A program made the translations under genes and the position numbers. Below are positions 1 to 9,432 of a DNA stretch of 64,000 bases, one piece after another. The stretch comes from Gammaproteobacteria bacterium (lineage in GTDB: Bacteria; Pseudomonadota; Gammaproteobacteria; Steroidobacterales; PWYM01), in contig RECU01000042.1 of NCBI GenBank assembly GCA_007693855.1, positions 11,733 to 75,732 of the forward strand. The letters run 5' to 3'. The notes under the pieces are model-generated. The model did not search any database. It was not told the DNA's origin and saw nothing but the letters and a program-made list of their open reading frames with translations. Position 1 is the stretch's first letter. The number at the start of each line of letters is the position of its first letter.

Positions 1-784
1 AGACGCCGCCCTGCAGCAGCGTGCGGTGCACATCGGCCACCATGGCCCCCACATACCGGCTCGAATAACCGTTTTGCTGGGCCCAGTCGAGATAGGCGCG
101 GTAACCGGCCGGAAAGCTGTGCCGATTGCCTTCGTTCAGGGAGTAACAGCGGCCGGTTGCGGGAATCTTCAGCCCGCGTTCGACACGGATGAAGGCACCG
201 ATCGAGGTGTCGAGTACGAACATGTCGACGCCCTCGCCGGTCGTCAGTACCAGCACCGTCGAGGAGCCGTAAAACACATAGCCGGCAGCCACCTGGCGGT
301 CGCCTGGCTGGAGCACGGAATCTTCGGTGCGGCTGCTTCGCCGGTCGTGGCGCAGGACGCTGAAGATGGTGCCCACGCCGCCGGCAACATCGAGGTTCGA
401 GGAGCCATCCAGCGGATCGAACAACACACAGTAGCCGCGCTCCTGGCCATGGTTTTCGGTGATCACCACCGGCTCGGCGGCCTCCTCCGAGGCCAGCACC
501 ATGACCCCCTCCCGGCTGCCGAGCGCACGCATCAGCACGTTGTTGGCGATCACATCGAGCTTCTGCTGCTGCTCGCCCTGGACGTTCTCGGCGCCTGCGG
601 CTCCGAGCACGTTCTCCAGCCGCGCGCGGCGCAGTTGTGCAGCAATGATCTTCGCCGAGATCGACAGCGCGGACAGAATCCAGCTCAGCGTGCCGCTGGC
701 ATCGGCCTGGCGACGTTTCTCCTGCAGTACGTGGGTCTGCAGCGTGACGATCTCCTCGCGGGTGGGATCGACCGAGTCGTGCAT
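1..784 (-). CDS. fbp: Fructose-1,6-bisphosphatase class 1, N-terminal ~261 codons; the C-terminus runs off the window
   Basis: Absent from the ORF track because it has no stop in the window. Reverse complement from the ATG at 784 reads MHDSVDPTREEIVTLQTHVLQEKRRQ...ENVQGEQQQKLDVIANN...FDPLDGSSNLDV...GTIFSV...QVAAGYVFYGSST...YSLNEGN...SRYVGAMVADVHRTLLQGG, which are typical FBPase-1 blocks. Confidence 0.92.
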   Translation of the reverse strand, partial: MHDSVDPTREEIVTLQTHVLQEKRRQADASGTLSWILSALSISAKIIAAQLRRARLENVLGAAGAENVQGEQQQKLDVIANNVLMRALGSREGVMVLASEEAAEPVVITENHGQERGYCVLFDPLDGSSNLDVAGGVGTIFSVLRHDRRSSRTEDSVLQPGDRQVAAGYVFYGSSTVLVLTTGEGVDMFVLDTSIGAFIRVERGLKIPATGRCYSLNEGNRHSFPAGYRAYLDWAQQNGYSSRYVGAMVADVHRTLLQGGV

Positions 785-954
785 AATCATCTCCCTGGTC
801 ACACCGGCGCTGCGGCAGCGAGGGACCCGCCCGCGGAACCGGGCCCATCCCCTTCCGGTCAAGTATGCCATGGGCCGAAATGCCCAACCTCTTACGCCAT
901 CACGGACGCCGCATGCCACCACCAAACCTGACCCTGGGTATCGCCCGCCTCCCG

Positions 955-2205
955 ATGCGCCCGCCGGCCATGCGGTTCGCAGCCGTGACCGTCCTGCTGC
1001 TGGCCCTGCTGGCGGCCGGTCCGGACATCGCCAGCGCCGAGCCGCCGATCTACGACCTGCATTACCACGCCCGGCTCGACCCCGACAGTGGCGAGGCGCA
1101 TGTCCGCATCCAGCTGACACAGTCGCAGCACGCGCTGCGCGAGGCCCGCTTCAATATCGACGAAGACCGCCACCACGGCTTCGACGGCGATGGGGAACTG
1201 GTCGCGGGCGACGGGGTGGTGTATTGGCGCCCGCCTGCCCAGGGCGGCGAGTTCCGGTTGCGCGTGCGCGTCGATCGTCAGCGCGGCACCGGCAGCTACG
1301 ATGCCAGGATCACGCCGGAGTGGGCATTGCTCCGCGCCGATCATCTGTTTCCTGCCGCGCGTACCCGCAGTCTGGCCGGGGCCCATGCCCGCGCCACAGT
1401 GAGCTTCGAACTGCCCGCCAGCTGGTCACTGGAGAGCCGTTACGGTCCCTGGCGCGGCGAGCCGCTGGTCGTCGAGGATCCCGAGCGTCGCTTCATCAGG
1501 CCAACCGGCTGGCTGCTGGCTGGCGATCTCGGGGTGCGCCGCGACCGTGTCGCCGGCCGCGAGCTGGTCGTCGCGGCACCGGTCGGCGAGGGCGCCCGGC
1601 GCATGGACGCCCTGGCGCTGCTGCGCTGGACGCTGCCTGCCCTGCTGGAAATCTTCCCGGACTTCCCGGAGCGTCTGCTGGTCGTCAGCGCAGGGGATCC
1701 GATGTGGCGGGGCGGACTGTCCGGCCCGGAGTCGCTCTACCTGCACGCCGACCGACCGATGATCAACGAACGCGGCACCTCCACGCTGCTGCACGAGCTG
1801 GTGCATGTCGCAGGCATTGTCCAGCCCGGCCCGGGCGCGGGCTGGATCGTCGAGGGCCTGGCCGACTATTACAGCCTGGAGGTGCTGCACCGCGCCGGGG
1901 TGATCAGTGATCGGCGTCATCGTCTGTCGCTGGAGACGCTCACGCGGCGCGCCGAAGGCGTTCGCCGCCTCGACACCCGCGACGCCGGGGGCGCCGTCAC
2001 CGCCCGCGCGGTCATCGAACTGAGCCGGATCGATGCCGCCATTCGTGAAGCCAGCGAGGAACACTACAGCCTCGACGATGTCGCCCGGCAGCTCGCCGAG
2101 GCTCGGGAGCCGATCACCTATGCACGCCTGCGCAGACTCAGCGAATCGCTCGCCGGCCAGCCGTTACCGGTGTTCGACGAACTGCCGCTCAGCCGTCGGC
2201 GCTGA
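955..2205 (+). CDS. Secreted zinc metallopeptidase, HExxH type (MA-clan-like, family unassigned)
   Basis: Frame of ORF 865..2205. Signal-like MRPPAMRFAAVTVLLLALLAAGPDIASA from the ATG at 955. Motif LLHELVHV followed by GWIVEGLADYYS. The start is uncertain (955 or 970). Confidence 0.7.
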   Translation: MRPPAMRFAAVTVLLLALLAAGPDIASAEPPIYDLHYHARLDPDSGEAHVRIQLTQSQHALREARFNIDEDRHHGFDGDGELVAGDGVVYWRPPAQGGEFRLRVRVDRQRGTGSYDARITPEWALLRADHLFPAARTRSLAGAHARATVSFELPASWSLESRYGPWRGEPLVVEDPERRFIRPTGWLLAGDLGVRRDRVAGRELVVAAPVGEGARRMDALALLRWTLPALLEIFPDFPERLLVVSAGDPMWRGGLSGPESLYLHADRPMINERGTSTLLHELVHVAGIVQPGPGAGWIVEGLADYYSLEVLHRAGVISDRRHRLSLETLTRRAEGVRRLDTRDAGGAVTARAVIELSRIDAAIREASEEHYSLDDVARQLAEAREPITYARLRRLSESLAGQPLPVFDELPLSRRR

Positions 2206-2629
2206 GTACTTCCGCCTCGAGGTGGGTCTCGCAGCTCAGGGAGTTGGTGATCAGGCAGCTCTGCTCGGCTTTCTCAAGGAGTTTGTGAGCCCGCGCCTCG
2301 TCCGCCCCTGCCGGCACGCTCAGCCTGGCCCGCACGGTGAACGCCGTGAACTTCATGGTGCGCTCGACGCGGTCGAGCACCCCCTCCACAGCGCATTCGA
2401 TCGACGCGTACTCGAATTTCGAGGCATTGGCGATCGCCCGGAAACTGAGCACGAAACAGTCGGCAACCGCCGCGGCAAGCAGGGTCTCAGGGGACCAGCG
2501 ATCGCCCGGCCCCCCAAACTCCGCGGGCGCCTGGGTGAGCAGTTCAGGCAGACCGGAGGCGGTGAGACGGACGTCGCCGCTGCTGGCAGAGGTGGCGGTG
2601 ACGCGGTAGTGATGGGGGAAACCCTGCAT
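2189..2629 (-). CDS. OsmC/Ohr family peroxiredoxin-like protein
   Basis: C-terminal 146 aa of ORF 2189..2863 from MQGFPHHYRVTATS...SPETLLAAAVADCFVLSF...EQSCLITNSL, carrying the two conserved OsmC Cys contexts. ATG at 2629. Confidence 0.85.
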   Translation of the reverse strand: MQGFPHHYRVTATSASSGDVRLTASGLPELLTQAPAEFGGPGDRWSPETLLAAAVADCFVLSFRAIANASKFEYASIECAVEGVLDRVERTMKFTAFTVRARLSVPAGADEARAHKLLEKAEQSCLITNSLSCETHLEAEVLSADG

Positions 2630-2657
2630 GGTGTACTCCTGATGGTTCGGTTGAGTG

Positions 2658-3140
2658 TCAGCCGAGCAGCTGGGCGATCTCCTGCTCAAGGGCTTCGGGC
2701 TTGGCGTTCGGAGCGTGGCGGGACACGACCCGACCGTCGCGGTCAACCACGAACTTGGTGAAATTCCACTTGATGCCCTGACTGCCAAGCAGGCCCGGTG
2801 CCGCCTGCTTGAGGTGGCGATACAGCGGGTGGGCGCCCTCGCCATTGACCTCCACCTTGGCAAACATCGGAAAACTCACGTCATAGCGCGTGCTGCAGAA
2901 GCGCGCGATCTCCTCGGCATCGCCTGGCTCCTGCGCCCCGAACTGGTTGCAGGGAAAACCCAGCACCTCCAGCCCCTGCTCGCGATGGCGGCGGTACAGG
3001 GCTTCGAGGCCGGCGTATTGCGGCGTGAAACCGCAGCGGCTGGCGGTGTTGACGATCAGCAGCACCTTGCCCTGGTAATCCGCGAGTGCCCGCGGGGTGC
3101 CGTCGAGCAGCTCGGCGGAAAAATCATACACCGTGGTCAT
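2658..3140 (-). CDS. gpx: Glutathione peroxidase (Cys type)
   Basis: Last 160 aa of ORF 2658..4163: MTTVYDFSAELLDG...LIVNTASRCGFTPQY...GFPCNQFGAQEPG...WNFTKFVVDRDG. Lies 28 nt upstream of osmC on the same strand. Confidence 0.93.
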   Translation of the reverse strand: MTTVYDFSAELLDGTPRALADYQGKVLLIVNTASRCGFTPQYAGLEALYRRHREQGLEVLGFPCNQFGAQEPGDAEEIARFCSTRYDVSFPMFAKVEVNGEGAHPLYRHLKQAAPGLLGSQGIKWNFTKFVVDRDGRVVSRHAPNAKPEALEQEIAQLLG

Positions 3141-3278
3141 AGGCAGGTCTCGATGGCAGGTCTGGTGTGGCCATCGAGTGTAGGCAGCCGGGGCTTCAGT
3201 GTCCACGCGCGGGCCAGGTGACTTGCTAGACTGCCGGTGACCGGCCGCCCCAGGCGCCCCAAGGAGATGGCGAGACTC

Positions 3279-4691
3279 ATGAAACTCAGGTTTTACGGTG
3301 CGGCGGGCGAGGTCACCGGGTCCTGCTGCCTGCTCGAGGCGGACGGCATGCGCGTGCTCATCGACTGCGGCCTGATCCAGGGCTCGAAACGCGACGAGGC
3401 GCGCAACGCCGCGGCCTTTCCCTTTGACCCGGAGAAAATCGATGCGGTGGTGCTCTCGCACGCCCACATCGACCACTCCGGCCGCCTGCCGCTGCTGGTC
3501 CGCCGGGGCTACCGCGGCCCGATCTACACCCATCGCGCCACCCGCGGACTCTGTCGGGTCCTGCTGCCCGATGCCGCGGCGCTCTCGCGTCGGGATGCCG
3601 AGCAGGAGTCGCGGCGCCGCGCCCGCAAGGGCCTTCCGGCCGTGGAGGCGCTGTACACCGCGGAAGATGTGGCTGCGACCCTGCGACAGTTCCACAACGT
3701 CGACTTCGGCGAGACGGTGAACATCCTCCCCGGCGTACGGCTGCGGCTGCACGAGGCCGGCCACATCCTCGGCGCGGCGAGCATCGAGCTCGAGCTGGAC
3801 ATCGCCGGGGCGATCCGGCGCCTGGTCTACAGTGGCGACATCGGCAGCTACGACATGCCGATCGTGCGCGACCCGGTGACCCCCCGTCAGGCCGATATGC
3901 TGGTGATGGAAAGCACCTACGGTGATCGTAACCATCGCAGCCATGCAGAAACCCTCGCCGAGCTGGGCGAGGTGCTGCGCAGTGCCCGCCATGACCAGGG
4001 CAATGTCATCATTCCCGCGTTCGCTGTCGGGCGCACCCAGGATCTGCTGTACCTGTTCGGCCGCCACTGGGACGAGTGGGAGCTGTCGCGCTGGAAGGTG
4101 TACCTCGACAGTCCAATGGCGATCCAGGCGAGCCAGTTGTACGTCACCCACGACGAACTGCATGACGAGGAGACGCGCGAACTGGCGCAGGGGGGCGGCT
4201 TCATGCCCCCGCTGCCCAATCTCGTGCTCTGCCGCAGCCCCGAGGAGTCAATGCGCCTGAACCATGTCAGGCACGGTGCGATCATCATCGCCGGCAGTGG
4301 CATGTGCAATGGGGGCCGCGTTCTGCACCATCTCAAGCACAACGCCTGGCGACCGGAGTGCCATGTGATGATCGTGGGGTTCCAGGCGCGCGGCACCCTG
4401 GGGCGCCGGCTGGTCGACGGTGAGCCGTGGATCCGGATCCACGGCGAGGCGATCCGCGTCGAGGCTAAAGTCCATACCCTCGGGGGAATGTCGGCCCATG
4501 CCGGGCAGTCGGAGCTGCTGCGCTGGTACGCAGGCTTCGAGCAGCCGCCGCCGACCTGGCTGATCCACGGCGAGCCTCAGGCGCGGAACGCGCTGGCCGA
4601 CGAACTCAGCGCACGCCACGACGTCCAGGTCACGCGACCGGCGTCCGGGGAGGGGCTCGACCTGACGACGCTGCAGACGCTCGACGCCTGA
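3279..4691 (+). CDS. MBL-fold beta-CASP family hydrolase (RNA-metabolising nuclease family)
   Basis: MKLRFYGAAGEVTGSC...LIDCG...VLSHAHIDHSGRLPLL... and a C-terminal beta-CASP-like region (MSAHAGQSELL). AAGGAG at 3261-3266 precedes the ATG at 3279. Confidence 0.85.
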   Translation: MKLRFYGAAGEVTGSCCLLEADGMRVLIDCGLIQGSKRDEARNAAAFPFDPEKIDAVVLSHAHIDHSGRLPLLVRRGYRGPIYTHRATRGLCRVLLPDAAALSRRDAEQESRRRARKGLPAVEALYTAEDVAATLRQFHNVDFGETVNILPGVRLRLHEAGHILGAASIELELDIAGAIRRLVYSGDIGSYDMPIVRDPVTPRQADMLVMESTYGDRNHRSHAETLAELGEVLRSARHDQGNVIIPAFAVGRTQDLLYLFGRHWDEWELSRWKVYLDSPMAIQASQLYVTHDELHDEETRELAQGGGFMPPLPNLVLCRSPEESMRLNHVRHGAIIIAGSGMCNGGRVLHHLKHNAWRPECHVMIVGFQARGTLGRRLVDGEPWIRIHGEAIRVEAKVHTLGGMSAHAGQSELLRWYAGFEQPPPTWLIHGEPQARNALADELSARHDVQVTRPASGEGLDLTTLQTLDA

Positions 4692-4783
4692 AATCCGTGC
4701 CCGCGCACCGCGCGAACACAGCAGTTGAGGAGAACGAGTCGGGCGGGACATGGTCTGTCACTACAAGGACGCCCAGGAGGCCT

Positions 4784-6193
4784 GTGTTGTTGCGCGCAGT
4801 ACGCCCTAGCCCACTCCGCCACAGTGCCTGGCTGGTGCAGGCCCGGGGCCATTGGCGCACGGTCCTGGTGGCCTGTGCCATCGGGCTCAGCCTGGCCCCC
4901 GCCCTCGCGCGCGACGAACCGCCGGAACCGCCCGAGCCGACCGGGCCGCGGCAAGCTGAAGCGCCCACCCCGCTGGGCCGCATCGAACTGGAACTCGCGC
5001 TGGGCCAGGCGGAAGCAGATGCCGAGCCCGCCCGCGCCGCGGCGCTGGCACTCGAGTGGTTGGCGGCCGTCGAGACGGAATTCGGCAGCGCGGCGCCGGA
5101 GCGCGTCTCGGCCCTCACCCGCACAGGGCGCGCCCAGCGCATCGCGGGCGAGCTCGACGGCGCCGAGACGCTGTTGCGCGAGGCACTGCAGCTCAGTCGG
5201 ACACTGGACGGGCCGCTGTCGCCCAGCCAGCTTGCACCGCTCACCGAACTGGCCCGGGTGTACCAGGCCATGGAGGAATACCCCTTGGCGATCGCGACCT
5301 TCGCCGAGGCACAGGGTCTTTCCCGGCGCACCCTGGGGCTGCTCAACCTGGCCCAACTCGACATGCTCGATGGCATGGCCGAGAGCCTGATCGCCCTGGA
5401 GGCATACGACGAGGCGGAAACCCGTCAGCGTGAGGCCTTCGACATCGCCGAGCGTCATCACGGCACAGACTCGCTGGCCCTGCTGCCGCGACTCTACGAG
5501 TTTGCCGGCTGGCTGCGCCGCACCGGTAAGCTGGCCGAGGAGCGGGCACTGTACATGCGCGCCATCGCAATGCTCGAAGCCGACGGCGGTGCGGAGGACC
5601 CGCGGCTGATCGAGCCCCTGCGCCGCCTCGCGAAAAGCCACCAGTACGCCGCAAGCTTCATCGACCCGCGGGCGATGCCGAGCAGCCCGACCGGCCATCT
5701 TTCAGCAGACCAGGCGCTCGGTCGCGCGCTGGTGCTGGCGCGCGGCGCCGAGGCACCGAGCCCGGCCGTGGAGGCGCTGCTGTTGATCGACCAGGGCGAC
5801 TGGAGCATGGCGATTGGCCGACGGGTCGCCGCACTGGACCGTTACCGCGAGGCCTGGCTGCGGCTGGGCGACGCCGAGGATGGCGCCCGCCTGCGTCAGG
5901 CCTGGTTCGGCACGCCTGCGGCGGTCACGGCACCGCAACCCTCCTGGCGCGGTGTGCGGCCGCGCGGCAGCGAGCCGGGCCTGACAGACGGCCAGGTAAT
6001 CGCCACCTATTCGGTCAACGCACAGGGCCGCGCGGAGAATATCGAGATCATCGAGTCCTACCCGCCGGGTCGCAAGGACACGACCGTCCGTCGTACCCTA
6101 CGCGAGATGCGCTTCCGGCCCCGGTTCGAAGACGGTGAACCGGTGGCCAGCGATGATCAGCGCTACAGTTTCCTCTTCGGTGTTCGCCCATGA
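4784..6193 (+). CDS. TPR-repeat protein with C-terminal TonB-like domain (paralogue 1)
   Basis: Frame of ORF 4697..6193. AGGAGG at 4775-4780, then GTG 4784 / TTG 4787 / TTG 4790. Signal/TM segment WRTVLVACAIGLSLAPALA, short Pro-rich stretch, helical TPR-like repeats, then a C-terminal ...VIATYSVNAQGRAENIEIIESYPPGRKDTTVRRTLREMRFRPRFEDGEPV resembling TonB_C. Confidence 0.7.
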   Translation: MLLRAVRPSPLRHSAWLVQARGHWRTVLVACAIGLSLAPALARDEPPEPPEPTGPRQAEAPTPLGRIELELALGQAEADAEPARAAALALEWLAAVETEFGSAAPERVSALTRTGRAQRIAGELDGAETLLREALQLSRTLDGPLSPSQLAPLTELARVYQAMEEYPLAIATFAEAQGLSRRTLGLLNLAQLDMLDGMAESLIALEAYDEAETRQREAFDIAERHHGTDSLALLPRLYEFAGWLRRTGKLAEERALYMRAIAMLEADGGAEDPRLIEPLRRLAKSHQYAASFIDPRAMPSSPTGHLSADQALGRALVLARGAEAPSPAVEALLLIDQGDWSMAIGRRVAALDRYREAWLRLGDAEDGARLRQAWFGTPAAVTAPQPSWRGVRPRGSEPGLTDGQVIATYSVNAQGRAENIEIIESYPPGRKDTTVRRTLREMRFRPRFEDGEPVASDDQRYSFLFGVRP

Positions 6194-7578
6194 CCCACCC
6201 GTCGTCGCGCCTCCTGGCCCCCGGCCTGCTGATACTGGCAGGCGTTGCGGCCGGACAGCCCCTGGAAGAAGGATCCGCGGGCGAACAGGGGCTGGAGGAG
6301 CTTGCCGTCACGGTCACGCCAGTCGCAGACACGCGGCTGGACCTGTGGATCCTGGCCGACGCGGCACTGGCGGACGGCCGGCCACTCGACGCCCTGGCCA
6401 CCGCGGAAGGCTGGCTGGAGGCGCTGCGTTCAGCGTCCTCGGCCCCGGCCGACGAGCGCGAGGCCGCCCTGTCGTTGAAGGCCCGTGCCCAGCGGGCGCT
6501 CGGCGACCCCGATGGCGCCGCTGAAACCTACCTCGAGTTGCTCGACGCGGTGGAAGCCCGGCACGGCCGCCTCGCCGCCGAGACCATGCCGCCCATGCTC
6601 GCCGTTGGCGGGAGTTTCAATGCCGCGGGCCGCCACGCCGAGGCGCTGATCTTCGGCGACCAGGCCCGGCATATCGCCCGGCGCAATTTCGGGCTGTTCA
6701 GTACCGAGCAGATTGCGGCCATGCACGTGATGGCCGCCGCGAACGACGGCCTGGGCGATCGCACCCGCGGCCGTGAGCTGCGCGAAGAGGCGCTGGAGAT
6801 TGCCGAGCGCAGACTCGGCGAAGACAGCGCCGAGCTGCTGCCCTATCTGGACGAGCTCGCCGACTGGTACGCCGGCCGTGGCCTGACCGTGCGCGAGCGG
6901 CGGACCCGCGAGCGCATACTCGGCCTGCAACGCGAGCACCATGCCGACCAGCCAGAACGCCAACTCGAGACGCTCCGCCAGATCGCACGCTCCTGGCAGT
7001 CCGAAGTGCCGGCGGCGCTGCGCCACCCCATGGACCGGCGCTCTGCACGCCAGCTCGCCCGCCTGAGCCCGTCGGCAAGCCCCGGCGCGCGCCCCGCCCG
7101 CGAGGTCCTGCGCCAGGGCGAGAGCCTGCTGGCAGCGCACCCGAGCCTGCCCGCCGTCGAGCAGGCGCGCATGCTCATCGCCGTGGGCGACTGGCACATG
7201 ATTTTCGATCCAGGCCCGGAGGAGGCGCTGGCCTACTACCGCCGGGCGTGGACCCTGCTTGCCGAGGACGAGTCCGCCCAACAGGCGCTGCTCGGCCGGC
7301 CGGCCACCCTGTATTTCGTGCCACCGCCCTCCCCCATCACCGCCGCGGCCGCCGGGGCCCGCGACGGACGGCTGGTGCTCAGTTTCACGGTGGGCGCCGA
7401 CGGCCGCGCCAGCGACATCCTGGTCGAAGAGCCCTCGCCCGAAGGCACCATGGATCAGGCCACCCTTCGTCAGCTCGAAACCACGGGACGCTATCGTCCG
7501 CGCTTCAGGGACGGCGAGCCAGTCGCCATTCCCGGCGCGAGGCTGACGCATCCGTTCCGTTACCGCCCCGCAGACTAA
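6190..7578 (+). CDS. TPR-repeat protein with C-terminal TonB-like domain (paralogue 2)
   Basis: ATGA overlap with the upstream gene. Same architecture: signal-like LLAPGLLILAGVAAG, TPR-like helices, C-terminal LVLSFTVGADGRASDILVEEPSPEG...TGRYRPRFRDGEPV. Confidence 0.75.
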   Translation: MTHPSSRLLAPGLLILAGVAAGQPLEEGSAGEQGLEELAVTVTPVADTRLDLWILADAALADGRPLDALATAEGWLEALRSASSAPADEREAALSLKARAQRALGDPDGAAETYLELLDAVEARHGRLAAETMPPMLAVGGSFNAAGRHAEALIFGDQARHIARRNFGLFSTEQIAAMHVMAAANDGLGDRTRGRELREEALEIAERRLGEDSAELLPYLDELADWYAGRGLTVRERRTRERILGLQREHHADQPERQLETLRQIARSWQSEVPAALRHPMDRRSARQLARLSPSASPGARPAREVLRQGESLLAAHPSLPAVEQARMLIAVGDWHMIFDPGPEEALAYYRRAWTLLAEDESAQQALLGRPATLYFVPPPSPITAAAAGARDGRLVLSFTVGADGRASDILVEEPSPEGTMDQATLRQLETTGRYRPRFRDGEPVAIPGARLTHPFRYRPAD

Positions 7579-7677
7579 GCCACCGGCAATGGCAGCCTGT
7601 GACATGGCACAAGGTCACGCCGTCCGGCCTGCGGTAACGTCGCCGGGACAGGGACGCCCGCTCTGGAGCATGACGGC

Positions 7678-9432
7678 ATGAAGCCCATCCGCAGTGTTTG
7701 TCTTTTATTGCTACTGCTGCTGGTCACCACGGTGCCGGCCGCGGCGGTTTCGCCGGCGTTCCAGGTGCTGTATTTCGAGGCCCTGCAGCAGCCAAGCTTC
7801 GAGACCCTGTCACCGACCACTGGCCACGCGCGCCTGAGCTTCCAGGCCGCCGGCCGCGACTGGCAGGTGCTGCTGCGGCCCAATGCACGCCTCGCAGGCC
7901 ACGCCGGTGGCGCCGACACCGCAGCCTTCGAGGGGCATCTCGCCGGCGCCACCGGGTCCTGGGCGCGGGTCACCCGGATCGACGGCGCCCTCTGGGGGCT
8001 GCTGCACGATGGCCACGAACTCTGGGTCATCGAGCCCACGGCTGACGTCGCCAACCTCGCTGGACCTGGCGGCCCGGTCGGTTCGGGGACCGGCAACGCG
8101 ATCTACCGGATGTCGGACACCCTGGTCGATCCTGCCGCCATGAGCTGCGCCACCGGCCGCTCGACGCTGGCGCCGCGCATGCTGCGTGGCGATCTCGCGA
8201 TGACGATGCTCGCGGGTGAGCTGGCCCAGGTCGCACGCAGCACCGCGGACGGGGTCTTCGCCACCACGCCGCTGTCGATCGTCGCCGATGACGAATTCCG
8301 CCGCCTCGCGCTGGACGCCGGTCGGCAGCCGGAAGACGAAATCCTCATCCGCATGAACAACGCCGACGGGATCTATCGCCAGCAGGTCGGGGTGAATTTC
8401 CAGCTGCGTAACATCCGGGTGCTGGAGAGCACCCCGGAGTTGCTCAGCCCCGATGAGCCCGGCGAGCTGCTGGACGGTTTCAAGGATTACCTGGCGGCCG
8501 ACCGCGAACTTCGCCGGGGCGTGGCGCTCTCGCACCTGCTCACCGGGCGGAACCTCAGCAGCGACAACGGGAACGGGAACGGCCAGACCCTCGGCATCGC
8601 CTACGTCAGCAGCGGCACGGGTACCGGCGTGCTGTGCGGCCAAGGCGCCGATCGCGGCAGCTTCGCCTGGGAATTCGGCTCAGCGCTGACCGCCGTGCGG
8701 CGCCAGCGCAATGTCGCCCTCGACACCCTGGTGATCGCCCATGAGATCGGCCACAACTTCGGCGCGGTGCACGACGGCGAGGAGCCGCCCTGCGAGGACA
8801 CACCGGACAGCGGCTTCATCATGGCTACCCGGCTCGGCGTCGGCGTCACCGAGTTCTCCGCCTGCAGCCTCGACACCATGCTGCCCTTCGCCGAGCGGGC
8901 CCTGGCGGCCGGCTGCCTGCTGGACGCCACGCTTGCGGAGGTGGCCGTGGTGCTGCCGGTCACCAGCGTCTCGGTGCAGGTTGGAACCCCGTTCAGCTTC
9001 AGCATCGACGTGCGCAACAACGGCACCGTGGCACTGGAGCGCGTGCGGCTTGAAACCCAGGTCCCCGCCGGGCTCACGGTCGCCAGCGCCGACACCGGCG
9101 GCGCGGCCTGCACGGTAGAGGGCGCGCGCATTCGCTGTGAGCTTGGGCCACTGGAGGTCTCGGCCGGTCGGCGTATCGAGCATCGTCTGCAGGCCACCGC
9201 CGTCGGCACTTACCGGCTGGACTTCAGCGCGAGCGCGGACGCGGCATTGACCGAGGCCACAGCCAGCGCCACCGTGGTCGCGCAGGCTCCGCCACCCGCC
9301 CCGGAGGGTGGCGGCGGCAGCCCCGGCGCGCCGTTACTGCTGCTGCTGGGTCTCGCGCTCGCGCTGGACCGGTGCGTCCGGCTCAGTCGCGGGCGAACCG
9401 GCGGCGCGCGCCCCAGGCCTCGACGAAACTGA
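7678..9432 (+). CDS. Secreted reprolysin-like (M12B/metzincin) zinc metalloprotease with repeat domain and GlyGly-CTERM-like tail
   Basis: Signal peptide MKPIRSVCLLLLLLLVTTVPAAA. Metzincin motif HEIGHNFGAVHD. DUF11-like beta-repeat region (VSVQVGTPFSFSIDVRNNGTVALERVRL). C-terminal GGGGSPGAPLLLLLGLALAL followed by a basic tail. Confidence 0.85.
   Translation: MKPIRSVCLLLLLLLVTTVPAAAVSPAFQVLYFEALQQPSFETLSPTTGHARLSFQAAGRDWQVLLRPNARLAGHAGGADTAAFEGHLAGATGSWARVTRIDGALWGLLHDGHELWVIEPTADVANLAGPGGPVGSGTGNAIYRMSDTLVDPAAMSCATGRSTLAPRMLRGDLAMTMLAGELAQVARSTADGVFATTPLSIVADDEFRRLALDAGRQPEDEILIRMNNADGIYRQQVGVNFQLRNIRVLESTPELLSPDEPGELLDGFKDYLAADRELRRGVALSHLLTGRNLSSDNGNGNGQTLGIAYVSSGTGTGVLCGQGADRGSFAWEFGSALTAVRRQRNVALDTLVIAHEIGHNFGAVHDGEEPPCEDTPDSGFIMATRLGVGVTEFSACSLDTMLPFAERALAAGCLLDATLAEVAVVLPVTSVSVQVGTPFSFSIDVRNNGTVALERVRLETQVPAGLTVASADTGGAACTVEGARIRCELGPLEVSAGRRIEHRLQATAVGTYRLDFSASADAALTEATASATVVAQAPPPAPEGGGGSPGAPLLLLLGLALALDRCVRLSRGRTGGARPRPRRN

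Noticed and set aside
26-931. 301-aa ORF on the + strand at the window start
   Set aside because: It is the antisense shadow of fbp. The minus-strand frame gives an unmistakable FBPase class 1 sequence, while the + frame is low-complexity with no motifs.
459-1910. 483-aa + strand ORF rich in Arg/Pro/Ala
   Set aside because: It overlaps the HExxH peptidase gene out of frame and shows the typical high-GC spurious composition. The 865..2205 frame has a signal peptide and a catalytic motif.
2658-3140. Selenocysteine-type glutathione peroxidase
   Set aside because: The active-site position is an ordinary Cys codon (…NTASRCGFTPQ…). There is no in-frame TGA.
2658-4163. 501-aa minus-strand ORF
   Set aside because: Only the last 160 codons are real (glutathione peroxidase, ATG at 3140). 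The upstream part is antisense to the beta-CASP MBL gene.
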